A stretch of DNA of 59,889 nucleotides from NCBI GenBank assembly GCA_964549795.1, contig CAZJVZ010000001.1, forward strand, positions 1 to 59,889, in the 5' to 3' direction. A program made the translations under genes and the position numbers. The notes beneath the pieces are model-generated. The model ran no database searches. It was not told where the DNA came from and was given only the letters and a program-made list of their open reading frames with translations. Positions 18,653 through 27,927 of the stretch are shown piece after piece (positions within the stretch are counted from its first letter, which is position 1; each line of letters begins with the position of its first letter). The stretch comes from an uncultured Candidatus Bathyarchaeia archaeon (GTDB lineage Archaea; Thermoproteota; Bathyarchaeia; 40CM-2-53-6).

Positions 18653-20971
18653 TCAAGGTCGCCCTTTCTTGGCTGCGAAGAGAACCCGTTCGGCAGTGAG
18701 CGGTAGCTCAAAGACTCTTGACCCGGTCGCATGCGCAATTGCATTGGCAAGCGCAGCCGCCGGCAAATCCACAGGGGGTTCTCCCATCGCCTTTGCGCCG
18801 AATGGACCTACTGCACCCGGATACTCTACAATGATCGTTTGAATCTCAGGAATGTCAAGAGATGTTGGAATGTAGTAGTCACCGAGTGTGGGATTGGCGA
18901 CAATCCCGTCCACATGAATCAACTGCTCAGTTAGGCCATATCCGAGTGCTTGGATCGTTCCTCCCTCAATCTGGCCTTCAACGGAAAGTGGGTTGATCGC
19001 GCGTCCCGCATCGTAGGCTGCCGTGATCTTGAGCGGATTGACAATTCCGAGCTCTGTGTCGACCTGTATCTCGGCGACGACGGCGCCGTATGTGTACTGC
19101 AGATAGGTGGTTCCTTGGCTGTTCTCGTTTTCGAACTCGCACTTTGGTGCACTGTAGAAGCCTGTCTCGTTGAGGCTCACGTTCTTCTTGTAGCACTCTT
19201 CGACGGCGTTCTGGAAAGTGATCGTGCGTCGTGGATGATGCGGGTGATGTATGATTCCATTCTTGATGCTCAGGTTCGAGTGGTCACATTGAAGAAGTTC
19301 ACTCGCAACATTGAGGATCTTCTCCCTCACCTTCAGAGCCGCAAGCTGTGCAGCCCTTCCACCTATCACGATGACACGTGATGCGACTGTCGGCCCAGTC
19401 TCACGGCATGACGCCGTGTCTGGCCTATCAAGCTCGAATAGATCGATTGGAAGTCCGAGCGTCTCGGCGGCTATCTGAGCAAGCCCTGAGACTGCCCCGG
19501 TCCCGTATTCAGTGAGCGCGGTTCTTAGAACAACCCTCGCGTCAGGCTTGACGAGCAGGTGGACGTATGCGTAGTCGTTTCCTTCTGGTCCGAGGCTGTT
19601 ACCGTGGTACATCAGGGCTATGCCGATTCCCCGTCGGAATACGCCTTGGTCACGACCGAACTCCGCTCGTTTCGCATACCAATCTGATGCCTCTATCGCT
19701 CGCTTGGTGCATTCCTCGAGTCCACATGCGTCGTCCACAATCTGGCTCGTAGCAGTGAGTGTTCCCGGTCTCAGCATGTTCTTGAGCCTGAGATCGAGTG
19801 GGTCCACGTCCAGCTTCTTGGCGAGTTCGTCCATTTGGCATTCGGCTGCGAAGTGAACCTGAGGGCTTCCGAATCCTCTGAATGAGCCGGCCATCGTGTT
19901 GTTCGTGTACATACAGTACGCGTCGGTCTTCACGTGCGGGATCACATAAGGTCCGGTCGCGTGAAAACATGCGCGGATGATGACTAGGGGTCCGAGCGAT
20001 GCGTAGGCTCCCGTGTCCGAGACAACCAATGCCTCCGATGCGATCAGGCGTCCGTCATTCATTGCTCCCGTTTTCAGCGTAATGACGAAAGGATGACGTT
20101 TCGTGCGGGCTATCATGGATTCCTGTCGAGTGTAGGCGAGGATTGCTGGTTTCCCCATCTTCTGCGCGACCAAAGCGGAAAGAGCGCATGTGTCAACTGG
20201 CATTTCATCTGACTTTGGTCCGAAGGCTCCACCGGTGGTTGCTTGGATCACCCTGACCTTGTCGGGGCTAACGCCCAAAACCTTGGCAACACCGGTCTGA
20301 ACGTAGTAAGGCGTTTGCATCGAACCGACACAGGTGACTGTTCCATCTCGCTCGACCCAAGCCATCCCAACCTCCGGCTCCATAGGGACCGGATCTTGGA
20401 ACTGCGTCTTGTACGTGTTCTCAATTATCACCTCGGCCTGCCGAAAGCCTTCCTTCACATCGCCCTTCCTGACTTTGAGATACTTGGCAACATTTCCGGT
20501 ATCGTGAACGCGAATGGAATCTGGCTTCATTGCCTCAACGGGGGAGAACACAGAGGGGAGAGACTCGTATTCCACTGCGACTCTGTCTGCAGCGTCTTCT
20601 GCTACCTGTGGGTCTTGGGCTGCGACTATTGCTATTGCCTCGCCCTGACATCTGACCTTGCCATTCGCTAGAAGAGGTCGGTCCGGTAGTAGTGCAAATG
20701 CTTCGTTTAGTCCTGGGATGTCTCGCGCAGTGAGGACGACTGATACGCCAAGCATCCGCTTCGCTGGTTCTGTGTCGATTCTCTTGATCAACGCATGAGC
20801 AACAGTGGATCTGACAACCTTCACGCTCAGTGCGTCCTTAGGCACGAGGTCTGATGTGTAGAGCGGGACCCCAAGCACTTTGTCCAGCGCATCAAGCCGC
20901 TGTACGCTCTTGCCGACGACTACGAAGCTGTCCGCTTCGCGAAGCTTCTGAACAAGTTCGGCCTTCGTCAA
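18653..20971 (-). CDS. Xanthine dehydrogenase-family molybdopterin-binding large subunit (set 1)
   Basis: The ORF extends to 21151 but overlaps the FeS gene. The likely start is TTG at 20971 within GCTTGA (overlapping the FeS stop), preceded by GGTGGGGGTGAG. Motifs GGAFGPK, SFRGFGSPQ, AKAMGEPP. The N-terminus aligns with the set 2 large subunit. Confidence 0.85.
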   Translation of the reverse strand: MTKAELVQKLREADSFVVVGKSVQRLDALDKVLGVPLYTSDLVPKDALSVKVVRSTVAHALIKRIDTEPAKRMLGVSVVLTARDIPGLNEAFALLPDRPLLANGKVRCQGEAIAIVAAQDPQVAEDAADRVAVEYESLPSVFSPVEAMKPDSIRVHDTGNVAKYLKVRKGDVKEGFRQAEVIIENTYKTQFQDPVPMEPEVGMAWVERDGTVTCVGSMQTPYYVQTGVAKVLGVSPDKVRVIQATTGGAFGPKSDEMPVDTCALSALVAQKMGKPAILAYTRQESMIARTKRHPFVITLKTGAMNDGRLIASEALVVSDTGAYASLGPLVIIRACFHATGPYVIPHVKTDAYCMYTNNTMAGSFRGFGSPQVHFAAECQMDELAKKLDVDPLDLRLKNMLRPGTLTATSQIVDDACGLEECTKRAIEASDWYAKRAEFGRDQGVFRRGIGIALMYHGNSLGPEGNDYAYVHLLVKPDARVVLRTALTEYGTGAVSGLAQIAAETLGLPIDLFELDRPDTASCRETGPTVASRVIVIGGRAAQLAALKVREKILNVASELLQCDHSNLSIKNGIIHHPHHPRRTITFQNAVEECYKKNVSLNETGFYSAPKCEFENENSQGTTYLQYTYGAVVAEIQVDTELGIVNPLKITAAYDAGRAINPLSVEGQIEGGTIQALGYGLTEQLIHVDGIVANPTLGDYYIPTSLDIPEIQTIIVEYPGAVGPFGAKAMGEPPVDLPAAALANAIAHATGSRVFELPLTAERVLFAAKKGRP

Positions 20972-21450
20972 GCTCTCACCCCCACCATCTCTTTGGCTGC
21001 TTCCTGAATGGCCGTGATGAGCTTGTAGTATCCCGTACAGCGGCAGAGGACTCCGCTGATCGATTCCTTGATTTCCTGTTTCGAAGGAGTTGGGTTGTGA
21101 TCGAGCAGGTTCTTGCCCGCCAAAACCATTGCGGGAATGCAGAAACCGCACTGGGCTGCGTTGTACTTCATCATGGCCTTCTGGACCGGGTGGGGTTTCT
21201 CGCGAGTGCCCACGCCCTCAATTGTTGTGATTCTCTTGTCTCTAGCTTGGACAGCTAGCACCAAGCATGAGTTCACAAGCTGGCCATCCATGATTACTGT
21301 ACATGCACCGCAGTCTCCAGTTCCACAGCCCTCTTTCACTCCTTTCAGGTTCAATCGGTCTCTGAGGACATCGAGCAATCTATCTGTGGAATCGACGATG
21401 AGTGCGTGGTCTTTGCCGTTCACGTTGAGTCTTACGGTGTGTTTAGCCAT
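20968..21450 (-). CDS. [2Fe-2S]-binding small subunit (set 1)
   Basis: 160 aa. CGTGDCGACTV and CGFCIPAM...CRCTGY motifs. Confidence 0.9.
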   Translation of the reverse strand: MAKHTVRLNVNGKDHALIVDSTDRLLDVLRDRLNLKGVKEGCGTGDCGACTVIMDGQLVNSCLVLAVQARDKRITTIEGVGTREKPHPVQKAMMKYNAAQCGFCIPAMVLAGKNLLDHNPTPSKQEIKESISGVLCRCTGYYKLITAIQEAAKEMVGVRA

Positions 21451-21456
21451 TTGCCC

Positions 21457-22332
21457 TCACTTCTTGGCGATCCCCACTTGGCACTCAGTAAGGGCACGGC
21501 GGAACAGCACCTTCGCAGCCTCACATCTGTACTGGGCCGAGGCTCGAAAATCAGACGTCAGAGCCAACTCGTCTCCGAGCACCTCGGCTGCTTTCCGAAT
21601 CGTCTGCTCGTTCAACTTCTGACCGAGGAGTTCCTTCTCTAGGCTCTCTGATCTTTCAGGAATCTTGCGCTTAAGTCGATTGAGCGCTATCCGTGCAGAT
21701 TTGATACTGGAACCGGTCTCGTCTGTTTCGAGCACGGCTGCAACGGAAACAAGCGCGATGATCAGAGTATTTCGTATTCCGAGCTTCTGGAACGAGCACG
21801 CGCTCCTAGGAGAAAGCTTAGAGAATGAGACCTCGGCAAGAATCTCGCCAGGATGCAAGGCAGTTCTCCGCTTCGAAACAATGAAGTCTTTCAGAGCCAT
21901 CTCTCGCACTCCGCCCCTCCGAATTGCCTTCACATTCGCATCGAGCGCAAGGAAGACCGGTATCAAATCCTCCGACGAGGAAGCCGCACAGATGTTTCCG
22001 CCGACGGTGGCGGCATTTCTGATATTGGGTGATCCGAACTTCGCTGTGACATCATCGAGGAGCCTGCCCCAGGCGGGAGGATCCGTTTGCTTTCTTAGAT
22101 CAGCGATTGTTGTCAGTGCACCGATGTGAATCTTGTCGCGATCGCCTCTGATGTATCTGAGTTCAGACAGTCCTGAAAGATCCACGAGATTCCTGATGGA
22201 CACTTGTTTCCTCCTTATACGCGGGAGGAGATCTGTTGAGCCCGCTATCGGAAGCGTGTCAGTAGGATTCTCTTCGAGATAGCGGAGTGCATCGTCAAAG
22301 CTCAGGGGAACGTAGACGTTGAATCCAGGCAT
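21457..22332 (-). CDS. FAD-binding medium subunit (set 1)
   Basis: 291 aa. CO dehydrogenase flavoprotein/XDH FAD-domain pattern (AGSTDLLP, ATVGGNI, SDFRASAQYR). Confidence 0.85.
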   Translation of the reverse strand: MPGFNVYVPLSFDDALRYLEENPTDTLPIAGSTDLLPRIRRKQVSIRNLVDLSGLSELRYIRGDRDKIHIGALTTIADLRKQTDPPAWGRLLDDVTAKFGSPNIRNAATVGGNICAASSSEDLIPVFLALDANVKAIRRGGVREMALKDFIVSKRRTALHPGEILAEVSFSKLSPRSACSFQKLGIRNTLIIALVSVAAVLETDETGSSIKSARIALNRLKRKIPERSESLEKELLGQKLNEQTIRKAAEVLGDELALTSDFRASAQYRCEAAKVLFRRALTECQVGIAKK

Positions 22333-22335
22333 GCG

Positions 22336-22611
22336 TCATCCCCCGCTCACCGGCGGAATGACCAATACGATGTCGCCGTCTTTGAGCGGAACTGACATAT
22401 CAACTGGTTTCTGCAGCACATTGTTGATGTAAACGAAAGCGTACTCTCGAACGCGGCCTTGCTCATCAAATAGCACATTCTTTGTCACGCCGCCGTACCT
22501 TCCAGCCAAGGTTCGCAAGAGCTCGCCTAGGTTGTCTACTGTCAACGCGATCTCGCCACTTCCTGCGGCGGTTCTAAGCTCGTGAAAGAGCCTGACCTTC
22601 ACTGAAGCCAC
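22336..22611 (-). CDS. MoaD/ThiS-family ubiquitin-like beta-grasp protein (Ubl-1)
   Basis: 91 aa, GTG start overlapping the TAG stop of the upstream large subunit (TAGTG). MoaD-like pattern with C-terminus DGDIVLVIPPVSGG-stop. Ends 3 nt before the FAD subunit start. Confidence 0.7.
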   Translation of the reverse strand: MASVKVRLFHELRTAAGSGEIALTVDNLGELLRTLAGRYGGVTKNVLFDEQGRVREYAFVYINNVLQKPVDMSVPLKDGDIVLVIPPVSGG

Positions 22612-24887
22612 TATGATTTCAGCTCGTTCTTCTGCATGCGCAAGGCGTTGAACAGGCGTTCAGGCCTGATGGGTATCATGTATGACCGGACCCCAGTCGC
22701 GTCGTAGATAGCATTCGTGATCGCGGCGGCAACTGGGACTATGGCGATTTCGCCTACCCCCTTTGCTCCGAAGGGGCCCGTCTTCTCGAACGTCTCCACA
22801 GGTGCGATTTCGATGTCAGGTGCATCCATTATTGTTGGGATTAGGTAGGTTGTGAAGTTCGGCGTCTTCAGATATCCGTCCTCGATGATTGCTTCCTCGG
22901 TCAGTGCGTATCCTAGGCCCTGGACGACTGCCCCTTCGCATTGTCCTCTGAAGTTCTGCGGGTTGATCACCTTGCCCGAGTCTGGGCTTACGAGGAATCG
23001 GAGCACCTTGGTCTTCCCGGTCAGCGTGTCGACCTCAACGAGCGCTACCGCTGTTGCGTACATGAATGCCCAGTGTGGAATCTCTACGCTTCCCTCGAGC
23101 GGGCGCTCGAATCTCGGGACCTCAAATCCAGCCTCAACGTGCAGTTGACATCCCGCGCCCCACGTGCGTTGGCCAAGTAGGCTGTACGACACCCTTCTTT
23201 TCACATCGTCCTTTGCCACAACTGCGCCTTCTCGGCATTCGACCTTATCCTCAGGTTCTCTGAGCATCTGAGCCCCATGCGAGACAAGGAGCGCCCGCAT
23301 CTTCTCCGCTGCCTTGATGATCGCGTTCCCGCCAACGTAGACGGACCTAGACGCAGATGATGATCCAGTATCAGGTGTGAGTGCGGTGTCCGCAGACGCC
23401 ACGTGCACATCCTTGAATCTACAATGCAGCTCTTCGGCGGCAATCTGGGCGTAGGCTGTGACATTGCCTTGGCCCATGTCTGGGCAGCCTACGCCAATTG
23501 TGAATGTGCCGTCCTCGTTGAGTGCAATCGAGGCCGCCCCGAAGTCTGGAAGCGCGCCGAATGTGAAGCCCTTCAGCGCACAGGCGATTCCGACTCCTCT
23601 CTTGCACCACGGCTCAGGCGATCGAGCCTTATGGGCTTCTCTCTGAAGCCAGAGATCTGACTTGGACGCGACCTCCAGAGTTTCATGGATTCCTATGCTT
23701 CCAGGAATCCTGACGCCGAATGTGCTGATGTCTCCTTCTCGGATGACGTTTCGTTTCCTGATTTCCATTCTGTCTATGCGGAGTTTCTCAGCGATGATGT
23801 CCATTTGTGATTCCATGGCGAAGATTGACTGTGGGGCGCCGAATCCGCGGAATGCACCTGAGAAGCCGTTGTTAGTGTATACGCAGTACGCGTCGATGTC
23901 AACGTTGGGAATATTGTATGGTCCGCAGGAGGTTTCCATGCTGACATCTAGGATTGTGCCGCCGAGAGACGCGTAGGCGCCCGTGTCTGACACTATTCTG
24001 ACCTTGTTTGCGAGCAATCTGCCGTCTGCGCCGGCACCGGTTCGGATCGTGATAGTCACGGGATGACGTTTCAGCCCAGAAATTCCGGATTCCTCTCGAG
24101 AAAGCACCATTTTGACGGGACGTTTCGTCTTCAAAGCCAACAATGCAAGATGAATCTGGACGGTGACCTCATCCTTGCCGCCGAATGCCCCACCAACTAT
24201 GGACGAGACTACTCTGATCTTCTCGCGTGGAATCCCGAGCGCTCTTGCGATCTGAAGTTGGTCGCGGTACGGCGACTGCCCTCCAACGTAGAGGACAACG
24301 TTCCCGTTCTCATCTAGTAGCCCAACGCCGGCCTCAATCTCAAGAAACATGTGCATCTGACGGCCGGTCCGATACGTGTTCTCAACCACGACCGCGCATT
24401 TCTCAAAGGCGGATTCCGCGTCTCCGAGTCGGATGTGTCCGTGTCTGTAGATGTTCCCACTTTCATGGACTCGCGGCGACTCGGGTTTCATCGCTTCAAT
24501 TGGATCCGAAACCACCGGCAGCGATTCATACTCCACCTTGATCAAATCGAGTGCGCGTTCTGCCGTGTCAGGGTCTTCCGCTGCCACGAGCGCGACTGCA
24601 TCACCCTCATAGCGAACCTTATCCTCGCAGAGGACCGGTTGATCGGGAGTCACGATTCCGTAACGATTTGTCCCTTGCACATCTTTGTGTGTAAGAACTG
24701 CGACGACACCCGGCAAGGATTGTGCACGTGAGGTATCGATGTGTCTGATGAGGGCATGAGGGCGGCCTGCTCTCAGAACTCTTCCATACAACATGTCTTT
24801 GAAGTGAAGATCTGAGTAGAATCTCGCACGACCGGTTGCCCTGTCGAGCGCGTCAGGTTTTGTGACCTGCTTTCCAACCCAACGCAA
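22611..24887 (-). CDS. Xanthine dehydrogenase-family molybdopterin-binding large subunit (set 2)
   Basis: 758 aa. a/b-hammerhead N-terminus. Motifs GGAFGGKDE, AFRGFGAPQ, AKGVGEIA. Confidence 0.9.
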   Translation of the reverse strand: MRWVGKQVTKPDALDRATGRARFYSDLHFKDMLYGRVLRAGRPHALIRHIDTSRAQSLPGVVAVLTHKDVQGTNRYGIVTPDQPVLCEDKVRYEGDAVALVAAEDPDTAERALDLIKVEYESLPVVSDPIEAMKPESPRVHESGNIYRHGHIRLGDAESAFEKCAVVVENTYRTGRQMHMFLEIEAGVGLLDENGNVVLYVGGQSPYRDQLQIARALGIPREKIRVVSSIVGGAFGGKDEVTVQIHLALLALKTKRPVKMVLSREESGISGLKRHPVTITIRTGAGADGRLLANKVRIVSDTGAYASLGGTILDVSMETSCGPYNIPNVDIDAYCVYTNNGFSGAFRGFGAPQSIFAMESQMDIIAEKLRIDRMEIRKRNVIREGDISTFGVRIPGSIGIHETLEVASKSDLWLQREAHKARSPEPWCKRGVGIACALKGFTFGALPDFGAASIALNEDGTFTIGVGCPDMGQGNVTAYAQIAAEELHCRFKDVHVASADTALTPDTGSSSASRSVYVGGNAIIKAAEKMRALLVSHGAQMLREPEDKVECREGAVVAKDDVKRRVSYSLLGQRTWGAGCQLHVEAGFEVPRFERPLEGSVEIPHWAFMYATAVALVEVDTLTGKTKVLRFLVSPDSGKVINPQNFRGQCEGAVVQGLGYALTEEAIIEDGYLKTPNFTTYLIPTIMDAPDIEIAPVETFEKTGPFGAKGVGEIAIVPVAAAITNAIYDATGVRSYMIPIRPERLFNALRMQKNELKS

Positions 24888-24923
24888 CTCACCTTGGACT
24901 GAAGTGGATCCGGCTATTTTCCA

Positions 24924-25166
24924 TCACCGGCCTCCTGTTACTGGGGGAAAGACGAGGAGTTCGTCGCCGTCTGTGAGTGCGATGTGCTTGTCGAGACGTA
25001 CTCCGTTTCGGACAACGTAGAGGTACACCTTGTCAAGTATCGGGAGGCTGTCGATTGCATCTTGAGTGGTCGCGCCTTCACGTAGGTCCAACTCAAGCTC
25101 GTCCTTCTCGAGAGCTTGAGGAGAGTACGCATAGAGCTTGACTCGGACCCTCACGGCTTCTCCCAC
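24924..25166 (-). CDS. MoaD/ThiS-family ubiquitin-like beta-grasp protein (Ubl-2)
   Basis: 80 aa from ATG, or 76 aa from the GTG of a GTGA stop/start overlap with the FAD subunit. C-terminus DGDELLVFPPVTGG-R-stop. Confidence 0.65.
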   Translation of the reverse strand: MGEAVRVRVKLYAYSPQALEKDELELDLREGATTQDAIDSLPILDKVYLYVVRNGVRLDKHIALTDGDELLVFPPVTGGR

Positions 25167-26038
25167 TCCGTCTTGCGCCTGATCAGCGCATGCATGGCCT
25201 TGTAGAGAAGTGCAGGTATCATCGCTCGTCTGTAGTCAGCTGATGCTCGCACGTCACTGATTGGCGATGATTCCTTGTCTGCGATCTGACCGGCCTCCCA
25301 GATGATCTCCTCTGTGAGTGTTCGATTCCGAAGGAATTCCTCACATTTCTTTGCCCTCATGACAGTAGGCGCGACTGCACCGAAGGCAACTCTGACGTCA
25401 GAGAAACCGGCTCCGTCGGGCCTCCACCGACCCCAGACTGCAACATTGACGAGAGATATGAAATGCGCTTCCCTGAGGCCGAGCTTCACGAACGTCGCAT
25501 CGGAAGGCCTGTTGATTGCTTCGAATGAGATCTCCGTGATGAGTTCATCCTGCCTCAGCTCCGTCTCTCGATATCCAAGGAAGAACCTCTCAACCGGTAT
25601 GTCGCGCTTGCCCCCACGATTCTGCACGGTGACAGTGGCATCCAGAACGTAGAACGGCGGGATCGCGTCTCCTGCAGGCGAACTGTTTGCCAAGTTGCCA
25701 CCTATTGTTGCTCGATTCTGGATCTGCGGTGTCCCGATTGTCCTACAAGCGTCAACGAGCATCCTGCAAGAACTCTTCAGCACTGAGGACTCAATGAGGT
25801 CTGAATATGTGCTCAACGCACCGATGCGAATCGTGGGCCCTTCTCTGAGAACATATCGAAGCTCACGTATGCTGGAAAGATCAAGCAGTTCTCTGGTTTG
25901 AAGCGATCCTTCTTTCAGCTGGATGATCGCGTCGGTGCCTCCCGCGATCGGTCTAACCCTTTCTGGCCGGTCGTGTAGTGTGCTCAGAGCTTCCTTGAGG
26001 CTCCTTGAGCGCACGACTGTGATGTCGCCGAGTCTCAT
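25151..26038 (-). CDS. FAD-binding medium subunit (set 2)
   Basis: 295 aa. AGGTDAIIQ, ATIGGNLA, SDVRASADYR. Confidence 0.85.
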   Translation of the reverse strand: MRLGDITVVRSRSLKEALSTLHDRPERVRPIAGGTDAIIQLKEGSLQTRELLDLSSIRELRYVLREGPTIRIGALSTYSDLIESSVLKSSCRMLVDACRTIGTPQIQNRATIGGNLANSSPAGDAIPPFYVLDATVTVQNRGGKRDIPVERFFLGYRETELRQDELITEISFEAINRPSDATFVKLGLREAHFISLVNVAVWGRWRPDGAGFSDVRVAFGAVAPTVMRAKKCEEFLRNRTLTEEIIWEAGQIADKESSPISDVRASADYRRAMIPALLYKAMHALIRRKTEWEKP

Positions 26039-26050
26039 GCTTGATCTATC

Positions 26051-26515
26051 CTAAGGCTTGCGTGCTGCCTGCTGGACTGCTCGAATGATGGTCGTGTAAC
26101 CTGTGCATCTGCATAGGTTACCCGCGAGCGCCGTCTTGATGTCCTCAACACTTGGGTTGGGATTGCGGGTCAGAAGTGCCTCAGTTGAGACAATGAGCCC
26201 CGGAGTGCAGTGACCGCACTGCACAGCTCCACTTTCCACAAACGCCTGGTGTACACGATCAGGGAGACCATCCTTCATGAAACCCCCAGATGTAACAATC
26301 TCTGCCTCTTCAACTTGCGATATCAATACTAAGCATGAAAGCACAGGACGCCCGTTCATCAGTACAGTGCAAGCGCCGCACTCTCCCTTCCCGCAGTCCT
26401 CCTTCGGACCCGTCACATTCAATTTGCCTCGCAAGACTTCGAGGAGAGTGTGGGCTGGAGGAGCAGATACGGAGACTTCTTGTCCGTTCAGTCTGAACGA
26501 GAATCGTTTCTCCAA
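26051..26515 (-). CDS. [2Fe-2S]-binding small subunit (set 2)
   Basis: 154 aa, TTG start. CGKGECGACTV and CGHCTPGL...CRCTGY. Confidence 0.9.
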   Translation of the reverse strand: MEKRFSFRLNGQEVSVSAPPAHTLLEVLRGKLNVTGPKEDCGKGECGACTVLMNGRPVLSCLVLISQVEEAEIVTSGGFMKDGLPDRVHQAFVESGAVQCGHCTPGLIVSTEALLTRNPNPSVEDIKTALAGNLCRCTGYTTIIRAVQQAARKP

Positions 26516-26652
26516 ATACGCCAGCTCCGGTCTTCTATCTCCGCTTTCGCATCCCTCGGCGCATTGTCCGGACGATCGTGGAGTTGTCAGTAGCTACCGA
26601 GGAACGGGTCTATTAACGACTTTCATAGTGTGGTTCGCGATTTCTGTGTCCC

Positions 26653-27639
26653 TTACGGCGAGATCACGTTCAGAAAACCGGTCAAGGCGTCCAGGAAGGC
26701 CCGAGGGGTTTCCTCTTGGGGGACGTGACCGCAGCTGGAGATGACTGCGAGCTTGGCGTTGGGTATTTCCGAGGCCAGGCGTATGCTCTGCTCTGTGGGT
26801 ACTATACGGTCATCATCTCCAGTTACTACAAGCACTGGCATCGTCAGTTTGTCAAGTTGCTTCTCCAACCCTAATGGATGATTGGCGATCGTGTACTCCC
26901 ACAGGGCTATGTCCCAGTTCTCAGCCTTCAACGGTTTCCGGTAGCCTTCAATGATCTCAGATGTGATTCTTGAAGGGTCATGCCAAGCAGAACGCAGGAC
27001 GGAGATTCCGTCCGAAGCAATCGACCGTACGAGTAGTGGCCGCAAGTGTTGCAGCTGTGGCAGGAAGGAGAGGTACCGAACCCAATCCTCCGAGCTTGTA
27101 TGTGGGTAGATTGCGGGGTCAACTAGGACGAGCGCTTGAACCCTCTCCGGATGGCGAAGAGCGGTGAGCGCGGCGATGGTTCCACCTGCAGAGTGGCCGA
27201 CCAGGATTGCCTTCTCAATGTGAAGCCGGTCCATTAGCCCGATGGTGAGGTCGGAGTGCGCTTCAGGACTGTATGGATTCTGACCAGTCCATTCACCTGG
27301 AATGGGGCGTGATGTCAGACCGAAAGCGGGTCGATCGAAGGCGACAACCACCCCATAGTGGCTGAGCGGTTCCATGACCTCGCGCCACGAGAAGACGCTC
27401 GCGCCAAACCCATGAAGAAGCAGAATGAAAGGACCTGCAGAGCCAGCAGCCTTGCAGTGAACAGTGAGGCCGTTCACTTCTACGAAGAAACTATCAGAGT
27501 CGGCCAAATGCCCCGGCGGAACCGTGCCCTCAAGCGGCGGAATAGGAATCAGAAACGGCCCAATCAATACGATGGAAAGCACGACTGCAAGCGAGATCAA
27601 AGCATTACGTCTCAGATTCTTCGCCATTTCAGGAACCAC
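26653..27639 (-). CDS. Alpha/beta hydrolase
   Basis: 328 aa. N-terminal TM/signal segment, HGFG oxyanion region, nucleophile elbow VGHSAGG, C-terminal GHVPQEE. Confidence 0.8.
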   Translation of the reverse strand: MVPEMAKNLRRNALISLAVVLSIVLIGPFLIPIPPLEGTVPPGHLADSDSFFVEVNGLTVHCKAAGSAGPFILLLHGFGASVFSWREVMEPLSHYGVVVAFDRPAFGLTSRPIPGEWTGQNPYSPEAHSDLTIGLMDRLHIEKAILVGHSAGGTIAALTALRHPERVQALVLVDPAIYPHTSSEDWVRYLSFLPQLQHLRPLLVRSIASDGISVLRSAWHDPSRITSEIIEGYRKPLKAENWDIALWEYTIANHPLGLEKQLDKLTMPVLVVTGDDDRIVPTEQSIRLASEIPNAKLAVISSCGHVPQEETPRAFLDALTGFLNVISP

Positions 27640-27927
27640 TCTCGAACGAGGTGCTATTCGGGTTGTAACTCGAAGGCCTCGTAGTGAGCGTATCTCTCTG
27701 GTCGTATGAAGAGTCGACCGATTCTGGCCGAGAGGTATTTCCTCGCATAGAGATCGCTGACATGGTGTGTTTGTCGCCTGTTCTTCTGCCGACTGTTGAG
27801 ATCCTGGGAGTCTCCTGTTTCGCGAAGCCTTCGGGCCACCCTGTGTCCAAGTGAAATCCGGTCTAATCCTGCGTGCCTTGCACTTGAGATTGTTTGCGCA
27901 TATGGCACATAGATCAGAACCAGCGCT

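Noticed and set aside
20972-21151. N-terminal 60-aa extension of large subunit 1 in the ORF track (start 21151)
   Set aside because: It overlaps the C-terminal third of the FeS subunit gene in another frame and has no counterpart in the paralog. A TTG at 20971 with an upstream GGTGGGGGTGAG fits much better.
18653-26515. Selenocysteine (in-frame TGA) within the hydroxylase subunits
   Set aside because: All seven ORFs are uninterrupted and end at positions matching their paralogs. No in-frame TGA or SECIS-like requirement is evident, so any selenium link would be via a labile cofactor ligand rather than Sec.
26516-26652. Leader of the hydroxylase array as a Moco- or purine-riboswitch-like element (CCGAG..GCGAAAGC..)
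   Set aside because: There are only short, weak pairings (3-4 bp) and no match to consensus features I can recall. These riboswitch classes are not known in archaea, so there is not enough evidence.
27654-27908. 84-aa basic ORF between the alpha/beta hydrolase and the EamA transporter
   Set aside because: It fits the gap on the correct strand but has no motif and an R/S-rich composition. It cannot be supported as a gene without homology or expression data.
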